A DNA stretch of 64,000 nucleotides from Bacilli bacterium (GCA_017447165.1 JAFSOD010000004.1:179267-243266); one strand, 5' to 3'. Counted from the stretch's first letter, positions 8,255-18,062 are shown. Numbers and translations: made by a program. The notes: generated by a model not told the origin, from the letters alone.

Positions 8255-8932
8255 TTATTTACTTTGTTGAATTAAACTATCAAGATAGTTAATTAGGCTA
8301 TCAACACCTTCATTTTTTATAGAAGAAAGAGCAAATATTTTTGCTTCAGGATTTCTAAATAATATATTCTCTTTAGCCTTAGAAAGATCAAAATCAAAAA
8401 TATCAGCGACATCCATTTTAGAAATGACCGCGATTTTACTGACTTGGAACATAAGAGGATATTTTAATGGTTTATCGTGTCCTTCAGAAGTTGATAATAA
8501 CATCATGTTTATATTACTGCCTGTATCAAATTCAGCAGGACAAACAAGATTACCGACGTTTTCTAGTATTAATAAGTCTAAATCATCTACCCCAAAAGCT
8601 TTTAAGGCATCTTCCACCATTTGAGCGGTCAAATGACACGCTCCAGAAGTATGAACTTGAATGACTTTTACGCCGGTATTCTGACTAATTCTTTCCGCAT
8701 CAACATCCCCATCAATATCCGCCTCAAGAACACCAATACGGTATTTAGATTTTAAAGAATTAATTACTCTAGTTAATAAAGTAGTCTTTCCACTACCAGG
8801 GGAGGCCATGACATTAATAAAATAAATGCCTTTTTCTTTTAAAAATGCTCTTAAAGAGTCTGCTTTCTTATTATTTTCAATTAATATATCTTCTTTGACT
8901 TTAACAATTTGAATATCCATGTGTAATATCAT
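8255..8932 (-). CDS. hypB: HypB-type nickel-incorporation GTPase (copy 1)
   Basis: 225 aa. Walker A SPGSGKTTLL, metal-site residues GACHL and ENVGNLVCPAEFD, and NKxD-like SKMD. No N-terminal His/Cys-rich Ni tail. The start could be the internal ATG at 8920. Confidence 0.85.
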   Translation of the reverse strand: MILHMDIQIVKVKEDILIENNKKADSLRAFLKEKGIYFINVMASPGSGKTTLLTRVINSLKSKYRIGVLEADIDGDVDAERISQNTGVKVIQVHTSGACHLTAQMVEDALKAFGVDDLDLLILENVGNLVCPAEFDTGSNINMMLLSTSEGHDKPLKYPLMFQVSKIAVISKMDVADIFDFDLSKAKENILFRNPEAKIFALSSIKNEGVDSLINYLDSLIQQSK

Positions 8933-8937
8933 ACCAC

Positions 8938-8957
8938 AAAATAAAATATTTTATTTT
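8938..8957. promoter_or_regulatory. perfect 20-bp palindrome aaaataaaatattttatttt between the divergent hypB genes
   Basis: Read directly; self-complementary over all 20 nt. It sits in the ~60-70-bp divergent promoter region. Confidence 0.4.
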
Positions 8958-8990
8958 AATATTTTTAATTTTCTAGATATAATGATGAGG

Positions 8991-9665
8991 ATGGAAAAAG
9001 TAAGAACTATTCTATTGAATCGTTCTGCCTATGCAGATAATGATCAAGAAGCTGATGAGCTAAGAAGCTATTTAAAAGACCACCAAACATTTGTGGTTAA
9101 TTTAATGTCTTCTCCAGGAGCGGGTAAAACCACTACTCTAATTAAATTAATCAACATTCTTAAGAAAGATTTTAAAATTGGGGTAATGGAAGCGGATATC
9201 GATAGTGATGTTGATGCAGTTAATGTCGCTAAAGAAACTGGAGTGACATCTATTCAATTACACACTAACGGAATGTGTCACTTAGATGCTGGCATGACTA
9301 AAACTGGACTAGACGGCATTAACTTCAATGATTTTGATCTTATTTTCTTAGAAAATGTTGGTAATCTTGTTTGCCCTGCCGAATTTGATACCGGGGCCTC
9401 TATGGATATGATGATTCTTTCTGTCCCTGAGGGCGATGATAAGCCAATTAAATATCCACTGGTGTTTGAAAAATCAAAACTAGTGCTCATAAATAAGATC
9501 GATGCTCTTCCATATTTCGACTTTAATATAGAGAAATGTATTTCTAATATTAAATACCGTAATAAAAATGCTACAATAATACCGATAAGTGCAAAAACAG
9601 GTAAAAATATCGATTTAGTCGCTAAATATTTCAAAGATATAGTTTCAAATTGGAGGAATAGCTAA
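8991..9665 (+). CDS. hypB: HypB-type nickel-incorporation GTPase (copy 2)
   Basis: Walker A SPGAGKTTTL, NGMCHL, ENVGNLVCPAEFD and NKID. I prefer the ATG at 8991 (preceded by gatgagg) over the track start at 8919. Its stop overlaps the next start (TAATG). Confidence 0.85.
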   Translation: MEKVRTILLNRSAYADNDQEADELRSYLKDHQTFVVNLMSSPGAGKTTTLIKLINILKKDFKIGVMEADIDSDVDAVNVAKETGVTSIQLHTNGMCHLDAGMTKTGLDGINFNDFDLIFLENVGNLVCPAEFDTGASMDMMILSVPEGDDKPIKYPLVFEKSKLVLINKIDALPYFDFNIEKCISNIKYRNKNATIIPISAKTGKNIDLVAKYFKDIVSNWRNS

Positions 9666-12562
9666 TGCCAGAGAAATGTAAAAAACCAGAAGTCACATCA
9701 AAATATGATGGTGAAAAAGACTTTCATAAGAATTATGCGAAATTAGGTAAGAAAATTACTGATATTGTCCCACACAAATTATTTGGGGTGAAAAACACTG
9801 ACCCTGAATATTGGGGACTTAGAGAAGTATTAAATGAAGATCAAGTTAATTTCTTGCTTAAATTCAAACAAAGAAAATGGTATTTGATTGAAGACTTAAT
9901 TAAAAAGTTTAAAGGTCAATTTGAACCTGCTAGAGTGCAACAACTTTTAGATGAACTTTCTTATATTGGTTTTATTGAATATGACTATGGAGATAATTAT
10001 GCGGAAGATCATCCAATTAAAGACGCTCCAAAAATCAAAAGATATAGAATGTCTTATTTCGTCCCTGGTTCAGCTGAATTAATGAATTCCTCTATTGATA
10101 GAATTGAAAAAAATCCTGCAGTTACTAACTTCTTTGAAAGAATGACATTTGTTCCACTCGCGGGTATTACTGAAATGATTGGTCCAGGTGGTAACGGTAT
10201 TGGTATGCACACCATCCCAGTAGAAAAAGCTATTCAAGGAGAACAAAAATCTCTTCCAGTAGAACATATTTCCCACTGGTTAAATAAATATGAAGGTCAT
10301 ATCTCCGCTGGTATTTGTTCTTGTAGAGCAAGTAGAGCAAAATTAGGAGATGGATGTATCGACGATGTCGATGACTGGTGTATCCAAGTTGGTGATATGG
10401 CGGACTATACTGTTGAAACAAAACGTGCCCACTATATCACAAAAGAAAGAGCCTTAGAGATTCTTGAACTCGCTGAGAAAAACGGATTCGTTCACCAAAT
10501 TACTAATATCGACGGCAAAGACCATATCTTTGATATTTGTAACTGTGATGTTAAAATCTGTAACGCTTTAAGAACATCAATGTTATTTAACACTCCTAAC
10601 TTATCTAGAAGTGCTTATACCGCTAAAGTCACTACTACTAACTGTGTGGCGTGCGGACAATGTGTTGCTAACTGTCCTGCTGGAGCGGTTAAACTCGGAC
10701 AAAAATTATGTAAAGGCGACGGCAAAGAACAAAAATATCCAAGTCAACCATTACCAGATAAAATCCACTGGGGTAAATATGCTTGGGATGAAAATTATAG
10801 AGACACTGCTAGAGCCAGTGATACCTATCCAACAGGTACCGCTCCTTGTAAAGTGGCTTGTCCAGCTCATGTCCCAGTTCAAGGCTATTTAAAGATGGCT
10901 CATGAAGGAAGATATAGAGAATCCTTAGCATTAATTAAAACTCAAAACCCATTCCCAGCAGTCTGTGGTAGAGTCTGTAATAAACGCTGTGAAGATGAAT
11001 GTACTAGAGGAAAAATCGATCAAGCCGTCTCTATTGATGCGGTCAAAAAATTTGTCGCTGATTTAGAAATCAACTCTAAAGATAGATATATTCCTGAAAA
11101 GATTATCCCATCAGTTCACGGGGAATTTGACGAAAAAATCGCCATTATTGGAGCAGGTCCAGCAGGATTATCTGCTGCCTACTATTTAGCAATCGCAGGC
11201 TTTAGACCAACTGTCTTTGAAAAAAATGAGAAGCCAGGTGGAATGTTAAGATATGGTATTCCTTCTTATAAATTAGAAAAAGATGTAATCGATGCCGAAA
11301 TCGATGTCATCAAAGCGCTTGGTGTTGAAATCAAATGTGGAGTCGAAGTGGGTAAAGACGTCACTATCGAATCCTTAAAGAAGGAAGGCTATAAAGCATT
11401 CTATATCGCGATTGGCTGTCAAGGCGGAAGAAGACCTGGTGTTAATAATGACACCGCTAAAGGTACAGAGATTGCTGTCTCTTATTTAAGAGAAGCGCTT
11501 GATAAGCAAAAAGAATTTAAAGGCAAAGTGGTCGTCGTTGGTGGCGGTAACGTCGCTGTTGACTGTGCTAGAACTGCTCATAGATTAAAAGCAGAATCTG
11601 TTTCTATGTACTGCTTAGAAGATAGAGACCACATGCCTGCTAGTAATGATGAAATTAGAGAAACTCTTGAAGAAGATATTTCTATCAATAACTCTTGGGG
11701 ACCAAAAGAAGTTCTCGTTAACGAGAAAGGTGAAGTTAAAGGTATTGTCTTTAAGAAATGTACATCCGTTACTGATAAAGATGGTAAATTCAATCCTCAA
11801 TATGATGAAAACGACACTATTACCGTGGAAGCTGATAAGATTATCTTTGCTATCGGTCAAGCCATTGAATGGGGCGACTTATTAAAAGGCACTAAAGTTG
11901 AGTTCTGGCATGGCAATTATCCATTCGCTGATAAAGTCACATATCAAACTAACGATGATGATATCTTTGTAGGTGGCGATGTCTTCACCGGACCAAAATT
12001 TGTTATTGATGCAATCGCCGCTGGTCACGCTGTTGCTGACGCTTTAGCAAGACACGTAAGACCAAATGCTCACCCAACCATCGCCTTTAATAAGAGAGGA
12101 TTCACTCCACTTAATAAAGATGATATTACTCTTCCAGGATATGACGATGCTGGTAGACAAGAAGAAGGTATGGATGAGTCCATCGACTATAAGAATAGCT
12201 TCAAAGATGCTCATAAGACTTTAACTGAAGAGCAAGTGAAGATCGAAACTGGTAGATGCTTATCTTGTGGTGCCGCATTTGTTGATCCACATAAATGTAT
12301 CGGTTGTGGTATTTGTACCACAAAATGTGAATTTGATGCGATTCACTTAGTAAGAGACCATCCAAAAGCTTCTACTATGAGATTCGCCGAAGATAAAGTT
12401 ACTGGCTTACTTAAATATGCTGTACCAAGATGGTTCAAGATTATGTTTAACGCTGGTAGCAAAGAAGCCAGAATGATGAGAAAGAAACGTAAAGCATGGA
12501 AGAAACACTACAAAGTAGCAAAGAAGACCATGCCAGATACAGGTAACGCCGTCGATGCATGA
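9665..12562 (+). CDS. multidomain Fe-S flavoprotein: unknown Cys-rich N-domain, ferredoxin motif, GltD-like NAD(P)H/FAD oxidoreductase and C-terminal 2x[4Fe-4S] ferredoxin
   Basis: 965 aa. Motifs: CSCRASRAKLGDGC...CNCDVKICNALR, CVACGQCVANCP, GltD-type CKVACPAHVPVQ...CGRVCNKRCEDECTRG, dinucleotide folds IAIIGAGPAGLSAAYYLA and VVVVGGGNVAVDCA, and CLSCG...CIGCGICTTKCEFDAI. Confidence 0.75.
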   Translation: MPEKCKKPEVTSKYDGEKDFHKNYAKLGKKITDIVPHKLFGVKNTDPEYWGLREVLNEDQVNFLLKFKQRKWYLIEDLIKKFKGQFEPARVQQLLDELSYIGFIEYDYGDNYAEDHPIKDAPKIKRYRMSYFVPGSAELMNSSIDRIEKNPAVTNFFERMTFVPLAGITEMIGPGGNGIGMHTIPVEKAIQGEQKSLPVEHISHWLNKYEGHISAGICSCRASRAKLGDGCIDDVDDWCIQVGDMADYTVETKRAHYITKERALEILELAEKNGFVHQITNIDGKDHIFDICNCDVKICNALRTSMLFNTPNLSRSAYTAKVTTTNCVACGQCVANCPAGAVKLGQKLCKGDGKEQKYPSQPLPDKIHWGKYAWDENYRDTARASDTYPTGTAPCKVACPAHVPVQGYLKMAHEGRYRESLALIKTQNPFPAVCGRVCNKRCEDECTRGKIDQAVSIDAVKKFVADLEINSKDRYIPEKIIPSVHGEFDEKIAIIGAGPAGLSAAYYLAIAGFRPTVFEKNEKPGGMLRYGIPSYKLEKDVIDAEIDVIKALGVEIKCGVEVGKDVTIESLKKEGYKAFYIAIGCQGGRRPGVNNDTAKGTEIAVSYLREALDKQKEFKGKVVVVGGGNVAVDCARTAHRLKAESVSMYCLEDRDHMPASNDEIRETLEEDISINNSWGPKEVLVNEKGEVKGIVFKKCTSVTDKDGKFNPQYDENDTITVEADKIIFAIGQAIEWGDLLKGTKVEFWHGNYPFADKVTYQTNDDDIFVGGDVFTGPKFVIDAIAAGHAVADALARHVRPNAHPTIAFNKRGFTPLNKDDITLPGYDDAGRQEEGMDESIDYKNSFKDAHKTLTEEQVKIETGRCLSCGAAFVDPHKCIGCGICTTKCEFDAIHLVRDHPKASTMRFAEDKVTGLLKYAVPRWFKIMFNAGSKEARMMRKKRKAWKKHYKVAKKTMPDTGNAVDA

Positions 12563-12899
12563 GTTAGGTATCGTCGTTCACGTTATTAATCAAATCGAAA
12601 AAATTGCCGAAGAAAATAAAGTTAATAAAGTCGTTGAACTCACTTTAGAAGTGGGCGAAGTTTCTGGGGTAGTTAAAGAATATTTTGTTGATGCATTCAA
12701 CTGGTCAATTAAAAAGACCAAGTATATGAAGGAATGTAAACTAAATTTTGTCACTATCAAAGGAATTACTTACTGCGAAAGTTGCGGTAAGACCTACTCC
12801 ACGACTGAGTATGGCAAAGAATGTCCATATTGTCACTCTGGTAAGACCTATCTAGTTACTGGAAAAGAAGTTTCAATTAAGGATATTAAAGTTATCTAA
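12555..12899 (+). CDS. hypA: HypA nickel metallochaperone
   Basis: 114 aa. N-terminal MHE Ni-binding motif and zinc site CESCG...CPYCHS. The start overlaps the upstream stop (ATGCATGA). Confidence 0.85.
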   Translation: MHELGIVVHVINQIEKIAEENKVNKVVELTLEVGEVSGVVKEYFVDAFNWSIKKTKYMKECKLNFVTIKGITYCESCGKTYSTTEYGKECPYCHSGKTYLVTGKEVSIKDIKVI

Positions 12900-12905
12900 A
12901 TAAAC

Positions 12906-12935
12906 AAAAAGACGCAGGCTCCCGCGTCTTTTTCA
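12906..12935. terminator. bidirectional hairpin terminator between hypA and the convergent membrane-protein gene
   Basis: aaaaagacgcaggctcccgcgtcttttt: GC-rich stem flanked by an A-run and a T-run. Confidence 0.65.
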
Positions 12936-12951
12936 TATATTTCAGCGCTTA

Positions 12952-13512
12952 TTATTCTGCTTTTTTATTGGTTGCTTTTATGCCATAAACAATAGCAGCA
13001 ACCCCAACCGTAATCGCTAATGCCCCCATCGTGATATAGACGATTTGTTTGAGAGTTGCGTGTCCTTCATAAACAAATGCTAAGATGCTTAAAGTAATAC
13101 CAACTGTTGCTAATAAGAAGTATAAGAAAATCCAACTCCTTTTATACTTAAATCTAATTCCAATAAAGGCCTTAGCTAAGAAGACAACACTAATAGCAAT
13201 CACGAATGCAGCAGAGAAGTAAATAAAGAAATCTCCAAGCATAAGTGGATATACAACAAAGACAACTCCTAGAGCGATAGCGATACATCCTAAAACTAGA
13301 GCTCCTCTAAAGAAGGACTTTGTATCTTTGATTAAATTAGCAATGATATGTAATAAGCCAATGATAAATAATCCACCAGCAATACAGTAACTCACAACCT
13401 TAATTGCAGAGCCCAAATCTACAATGCTTAAAATTAAATCAACTAAGCCAATCGCAAAAAGGATTATGCCATAGACTAGAATCATCCATTTTTGTTCTTT
13501 AAATGTTTTCAT
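12952..13512 (-). CDS. multi-pass membrane protein (possibly DUF308/HdeD-like)
   Basis: 186 aa with about six hydrophobic helices of similar length. The family assignment is tentative. Confidence 0.5.
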   Translation of the reverse strand: MKTFKEQKWMILVYGIILFAIGLVDLILSIVDLGSAIKVVSYCIAGGLFIIGLLHIIANLIKDTKSFFRGALVLGCIAIALGVVFVVYPLMLGDFFIYFSAAFVIAISVVFLAKAFIGIRFKYKRSWIFLYFLLATVGITLSILAFVYEGHATLKQIVYITMGALAITVGVAAIVYGIKATNKKAE

Positions 13513-13602
13513 AATTTTTTCTCTCTTTTTCTTACCTTATTATTTTTTCTTTTTTTAAAAAGATTTACAATAAGAAAGATAACAACGAGGTAATTAAATA
13601 TC

Positions 13603-14826
13603 ATGGAATTAGAAAGATTAAAAGAATATGCTTCATTATTAGCCTTAAGAGGTCTTAATGTTCAAAAAGGAGAAGAAGTTTGGGTTAACTGTCAAACTCA
13701 CCAAATGGAATTTGTCCGTTTAGTGGTTGAAGAATTATATAAAGCAGGTGCAAAAAAAGTTAGAGTCAGATTATCTGATGATGAGATAACAAAAATCGGA
13801 TATAGGTACGCAAGTGCTGCTGTTTTAAGTAAAGTACCTAATTACACTATCGCTGAATATAAATATATGGTGAAACATAACCCAAGTATGTTACACATCA
13901 TTTCTAAAGATCCAGATGCATTTAAAGAAATCTCTCAGGCCAAGTTAAGCAAAGTAATGTTTTCTTTTAGAAAAAAGGTCAAACCATATAGAGATTTAAT
14001 GGACGGCAAATACAAATGGTGTATCGCTGCGGTTCCTTCAAAAGCTTGGGCAGAAAAAGTCTTCCCTAAATTAAAAGGTGAAGAAGCAATTGAAGCATTA
14101 TGGGAATCTATTCTTTCTTGTTCTAGAGTTGATGGACATGCAGTTAAAAACTGGGATGACCATAATGCTGAACTCATGAAACATAGAAAACAACTTGCGG
14201 CATTAGACCTTCAATATTTAGAATATAAAGCCTCTAACGGCACTAACTTCAAAGTCGAGCTTATGAAAGATGTCCTTTGGGGTGGCGGAGTTGAGTTTAC
14301 AGATAAAGGTTTATCTTATAATCCTAATATCCCAAGTGAAGAGGTTTTCACTTCTCCTAAAGCCGGCTCTATCGAAGGTATCGTCTATGCATCTAAACCA
14401 TTAAGCTATAATGGTCAAATAATTGATGAATTCTGGCTCAAGTTTGAAAATGGAAGAGTCAGTCAAGTAGGCGCAAAAAAGAATCAAAAATTATTAGAGC
14501 ATATGGTCGCAACTGACGAAGGTGCGCGTATGTTAGGCGAAGTAGCTTTAGTCCCTTATGACTCACCGATTCAAAATTCAAAAATCTTGTTCTACGAGAC
14601 TTTATTTGATGAGAATGCCGCCTGCCACTTAGCGTTAGGGCATGGCTTTAAAGAACTCTTCCCAGAAGGAGCGTCTATCTCAAACGAAGAAGCCAGAAGA
14701 AGAGGATTAAATGACTCAATGATTCACGTTGATTTTATGATTGGTACCTCTGATTTAGAGATTATTGGTACCTCCTTTAACGGTAAGAAAACAACTATCT
14801 TTAAAAATGGAAACTGGGCAATTTAG
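13603..14826 (+). CDS. M29-family aminopeptidase (AmpS/PepS-like)
   Basis: 407 aa. LERLKEYASLLALRGLNVQKGEEV at the N-terminus and a C-terminal ENAACHLALGHGF...HVDFMIG pattern typical of thermophilic-metalloprotease M29. Confidence 0.85.
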   Translation: MELERLKEYASLLALRGLNVQKGEEVWVNCQTHQMEFVRLVVEELYKAGAKKVRVRLSDDEITKIGYRYASAAVLSKVPNYTIAEYKYMVKHNPSMLHIISKDPDAFKEISQAKLSKVMFSFRKKVKPYRDLMDGKYKWCIAAVPSKAWAEKVFPKLKGEEAIEALWESILSCSRVDGHAVKNWDDHNAELMKHRKQLAALDLQYLEYKASNGTNFKVELMKDVLWGGGVEFTDKGLSYNPNIPSEEVFTSPKAGSIEGIVYASKPLSYNGQIIDEFWLKFENGRVSQVGAKKNQKLLEHMVATDEGARMLGEVALVPYDSPIQNSKILFYETLFDENAACHLALGHGFKELFPEGASISNEEARRRGLNDSMIHVDFMIGTSDLEIIGTSFNGKKTTIFKNGNWAI

Positions 14827-14838
14827 GGGGTTTTTGAC

Positions 14839-16038
14839 ATGGAATATGCTTTATTAGCGGTATTAATTGTAGTTTTTATCGGTTTGGTTATCTTAACCAT
14901 TTTCGTGATTAAACTTTCAAAAAAACCAAACAAAGTTGATGGGACAATTTCTGAAAAAGAATTAGGAATGTTGTCACAGCAAATTAAGTCTCTTGAAGAA
15001 GTTTTGAAGAAAGATATTGAAATCTCATTAGCGAAAGAAATGCTTCAAGTCAACGAGGCTAATAACCAAAAGTTAGAAAGATTCCAATCTAACATCATTG
15101 AACAAATGACTAATAGATTCGAAGCCATCAATCTTCAACTTGGTGAGAAAATGAAAGAGATTAATCAAAAGGTTGAAGACAAACTTAAAGAAGGGTTCCA
15201 GGGAACAAGCGAGACTATGGCTCAAGTTAGAGAAAGGCTTAAGGTCATTGATGAAGCTCAAAAGAATATGGAATCTCTATCGAAAGATGTTGTTTCATTA
15301 AGAAGCATTATGGAAGGCAACCAAACTAGAGGAGCATATGGAGAATATCAACTTAATATGGTTCTTCATAACGTTTTTGGAGACACAGTAGGATGCTACC
15401 AAGAACAATACACTATTAAAAAGGTAAAAGATGGTGATGATGTCCGTGCGGATGCAGTCGTTTTTATGCCTGAGCCAAACAAAATGATTTGTATTGATTC
15501 AAAATTCCCATTCCAAGATTATGAAAGACTAATGAAAGAGGATAATGAATCAGCAAAAGAAGAATATAAGAAACAATTTGCTGCAGCAGTTAAAAAACAT
15601 ATCACTGTTATTAAAGACAAATATATTATTGATGGTAAAACTGCTCCAGAAGCATTGATGTTTATTCCAAACGATGGAGTATTTGCCTATATTCATCAAG
15701 AATTATTAGATGTAGTTGATTATGCTAGAGAAAAGCGAGTAATTCTTACTTCTCCAAGTACTCTTCCAGCAATACTAGTAACCATTAATATGGTTAGAAT
15801 AGAAGCAGAAAGAGCGAAGAACGTTAAAGAAATATCTAAACAATTAGATTTCTTAGGTAGACAATTTGCGATGTTCTCTAAAGAATGGGATACATTCTCG
15901 AAACAACTTGAAACCGCTTCTAGATCAAGAGAAAAACTTGATACTAGAGTAAATCGTATTACAACAAAGTTTGATGCGATATCAACTAATAGCGACGTTG
16001 AAATTGAAGCTATAGAAGAAAACAAGGCTGATGATTAA
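14839..16038 (+). CDS. rmuC: DNA recombination protein RmuC
   Basis: 399 aa. N-terminal TM segment, long coiled coil, then the RmuC nuclease-like core RGAYGEYQLNMVL...DAVVFMPE...IDSKFP. Confidence 0.85.
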   Translation: MEYALLAVLIVVFIGLVILTIFVIKLSKKPNKVDGTISEKELGMLSQQIKSLEEVLKKDIEISLAKEMLQVNEANNQKLERFQSNIIEQMTNRFEAINLQLGEKMKEINQKVEDKLKEGFQGTSETMAQVRERLKVIDEAQKNMESLSKDVVSLRSIMEGNQTRGAYGEYQLNMVLHNVFGDTVGCYQEQYTIKKVKDGDDVRADAVVFMPEPNKMICIDSKFPFQDYERLMKEDNESAKEEYKKQFAAAVKKHITVIKDKYIIDGKTAPEALMFIPNDGVFAYIHQELLDVVDYAREKRVILTSPSTLPAILVTINMVRIEAERAKNVKEISKQLDFLGRQFAMFSKEWDTFSKQLETASRSREKLDTRVNRITTKFDAISTNSDVEIEAIEENKADD

Positions 16039-16223
16039 TCAACCTTTTTCTTATCTTCTTTTTTATCTTTGGCCTTAAATATCAGCCATCTTCTTTTCAT
16101 TTCTTTTTCGTTTTTTTCAGCAACTACTTTGCCAGTCACTAATACAGTAATAATAATCCCGATTATAATCAGAAGCACAATACCTGCAGTTGCGCTTAAA
16201 AAGACAATTAATCTAGTTTGCAT
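16035..16223 (-). CDS. small membrane protein, hypothetical
   Basis: 62 aa with one TM helix followed by a Lys-rich tail. Immediately downstream of the hydrogenase-like gene. Confidence 0.4.
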   Translation of the reverse strand: MQTRLIVFLSATAGIVLLIIIGIIITVLVTGKVVAEKNEKEMKRRWLIFKAKDKKEDKKKVD

Positions 16224-16226
16224 ATT

Positions 16227-17657
16227 TTATCTTTTGAGTTTTTCCAATGAGTCAACAATAGTCTGACTCTTAGCTTCCATGCCGTACTTATCAACATCAG
16301 CCTTATTTCTCACTTCGTGAGTTAGTGAACATGGTCCGCCAATGCAGCCGCCAGGACAAGCCATTCCTTCAATAAAGTTATAGTCTTTATTGCCTGCTTT
16401 TACCTTTAATAACGCTAAACGAATATTTTCTAAGCCATCAACTGGTAATGGCCTATAATCGAATTCTAATTCTCTTTCTTTGATAGCTTCTCTAACCGCA
16501 TCAGTAATACCTCTACTTCTTGCGAAGATTCTACCGAAATAAGAGGCATTATCAAATGGTGATTCCTCTAATTTAGAGGCATCTATTTCTCTAGCGTCAA
16601 TAAGAGCCTGCAACTCTTCAAAAGTTAAAGTAACATCAACGTAAGGTTTAACAGACTCTAATTTGATTTCATGTTTTTTAGAAATACATGGTCCTATAAA
16701 CATTATTTTCGCAGTTGGATAATGTTCTTTAATCCATTTGGCGATGCTCGCCATCGGAGACAAATTAGAAGATATGTGTTCTACTAATGTAGGAAAATTC
16801 TTTTTGATATAGGTAACAAATGTTGGGCAGCAACTAGAAGTCAAAAATCTTTTTTCAACTAATTCTTTAGCCTCGTTATATGCGACCATATCCGCACCTA
16901 AAGCCGCTTCCACTATTTCTGAGAATCCTAATTCGTGCATTGCTGAGGCGATTTGGCCTAAGGTTGCATATTTAAACTGAGTAGATATTGTTGGAGCAAC
17001 AATAGCGACAGTTGGATATTTTTTACCAAAATCACTATCCTTTAGGATATCGATAGCTTCTTTAATATAAGATTTATCCATGATAGCGCCAAATGGACAT
17101 TGATAAACACAAGCTCCACATTGGACACACTTCTCATCATCGATTTGGGCAGCATTATCTTCGCCCATGCTTATAGCATGAACTTTACATGCTTGTTCAC
17201 ATGGTCTTTGATAGTTTTGAATTGCCCCATATTGGCATGCTTTAGCGCACATTCCACAGTTGATACATTTCTCTTTATTAATACGCGCCGCGTGGGTAAT
17301 ATCATCAAAACTAATCGCATCTTTATGACATGCCATCTGGCATCTATGAGCGATACAACCTCTACACCTATTAGTGACTTCATATCCACCTAAAGGACAT
17401 TCATCACATGCCACTTTAATAACTTCAACAATGTTATTTATATCTTTAGATCCACCTAAGGCTAATTTCATTCTTTCTAAAACGATTGCTCTCTCTTTAT
17501 AGATACAGCAACGCATTGTTGGCTTTGGACCAGGAACAATCTTATTAGGAATAGAATTATAATCTTCTAAAAGGGTGCCATTAAAATAAGATTTCGCAAT
17601 CTCTTTAAGCACCTTATATTTAAGTTCTTGTACTTTGGTATCAAATACAGCGGACAT
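16227..17657 (-). CDS. [FeFe]-hydrogenase family protein with N-terminal ferredoxin-type clusters
   Basis: 476 aa. H-cluster motifs TSSCCPTFV, GPCISKKHE and EGMACPGGCIGGP, plus two CxxCxxCxxxCP motifs (CINCGMCAKACQ, CVQCGACVYQCP). Confidence 0.8.
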   Translation of the reverse strand: MSAVFDTKVQELKYKVLKEIAKSYFNGTLLEDYNSIPNKIVPGPKPTMRCCIYKERAIVLERMKLALGGSKDINNIVEVIKVACDECPLGGYEVTNRCRGCIAHRCQMACHKDAISFDDITHAARINKEKCINCGMCAKACQYGAIQNYQRPCEQACKVHAISMGEDNAAQIDDEKCVQCGACVYQCPFGAIMDKSYIKEAIDILKDSDFGKKYPTVAIVAPTISTQFKYATLGQIASAMHELGFSEIVEAALGADMVAYNEAKELVEKRFLTSSCCPTFVTYIKKNFPTLVEHISSNLSPMASIAKWIKEHYPTAKIMFIGPCISKKHEIKLESVKPYVDVTLTFEELQALIDAREIDASKLEESPFDNASYFGRIFARSRGITDAVREAIKERELEFDYRPLPVDGLENIRLALLKVKAGNKDYNFIEGMACPGGCIGGPCSLTHEVRNKADVDKYGMEAKSQTIVDSLEKLKR

Positions 17658-17736
17658 AACTTCAATAGTATTCTATCTATATTTATAGATAATAGCAATA
17701 AAAGAAAAGACCTTTCGGTCTAATCAATATTTTTAA

Positions 17737-17976
17737 TTAGTCTTCTTTAAACCAGAAGATGCGGCTATAGAGGATAATCCAGATAAGATCAAGGACCCAA
17801 CCAACTGTACCAGCGGCGATCACCCAGATGATGCCAAGAACCATATGGAGCCAGTTTTGTTTACTAGCGGCTCTTCCGATTCTATAGACTGCCCAAGTGA
17901 TATCAAGGATCCAGATACATAAAATAATTTTGACTAATCTAGAATGACCATCCATCCATTTAATGTAATTTGCCAT
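17737..17976 (-). CDS. small Trp-rich membrane protein, hypothetical
   Basis: 79 aa with two predicted TM helices. No motif recognised. Confidence 0.4.
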   Translation of the reverse strand: MANYIKWMDGHSRLVKIILCIWILDITWAVYRIGRAASKQNWLHMVLGIIWVIAAGTVGWVLDLIWIILYSRIFWFKED

Positions 17977-18033
17977 ATTTGTCTCCTTTTATATTTGACG
18001 ATTTTAATATAGTCCACTTTTAGGGAAAATCAA

Positions 18034-18062
18034 TAAAAAAATCGGCCGATCCGATTTTTTTA
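18034..18062. terminator. bidirectional hairpin terminator at the secG 3' end
   Basis: aaaaaaatcggccgatccgattttttt: stem atcgg/ccgat with A and T runs on either side. Confidence 0.55.
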
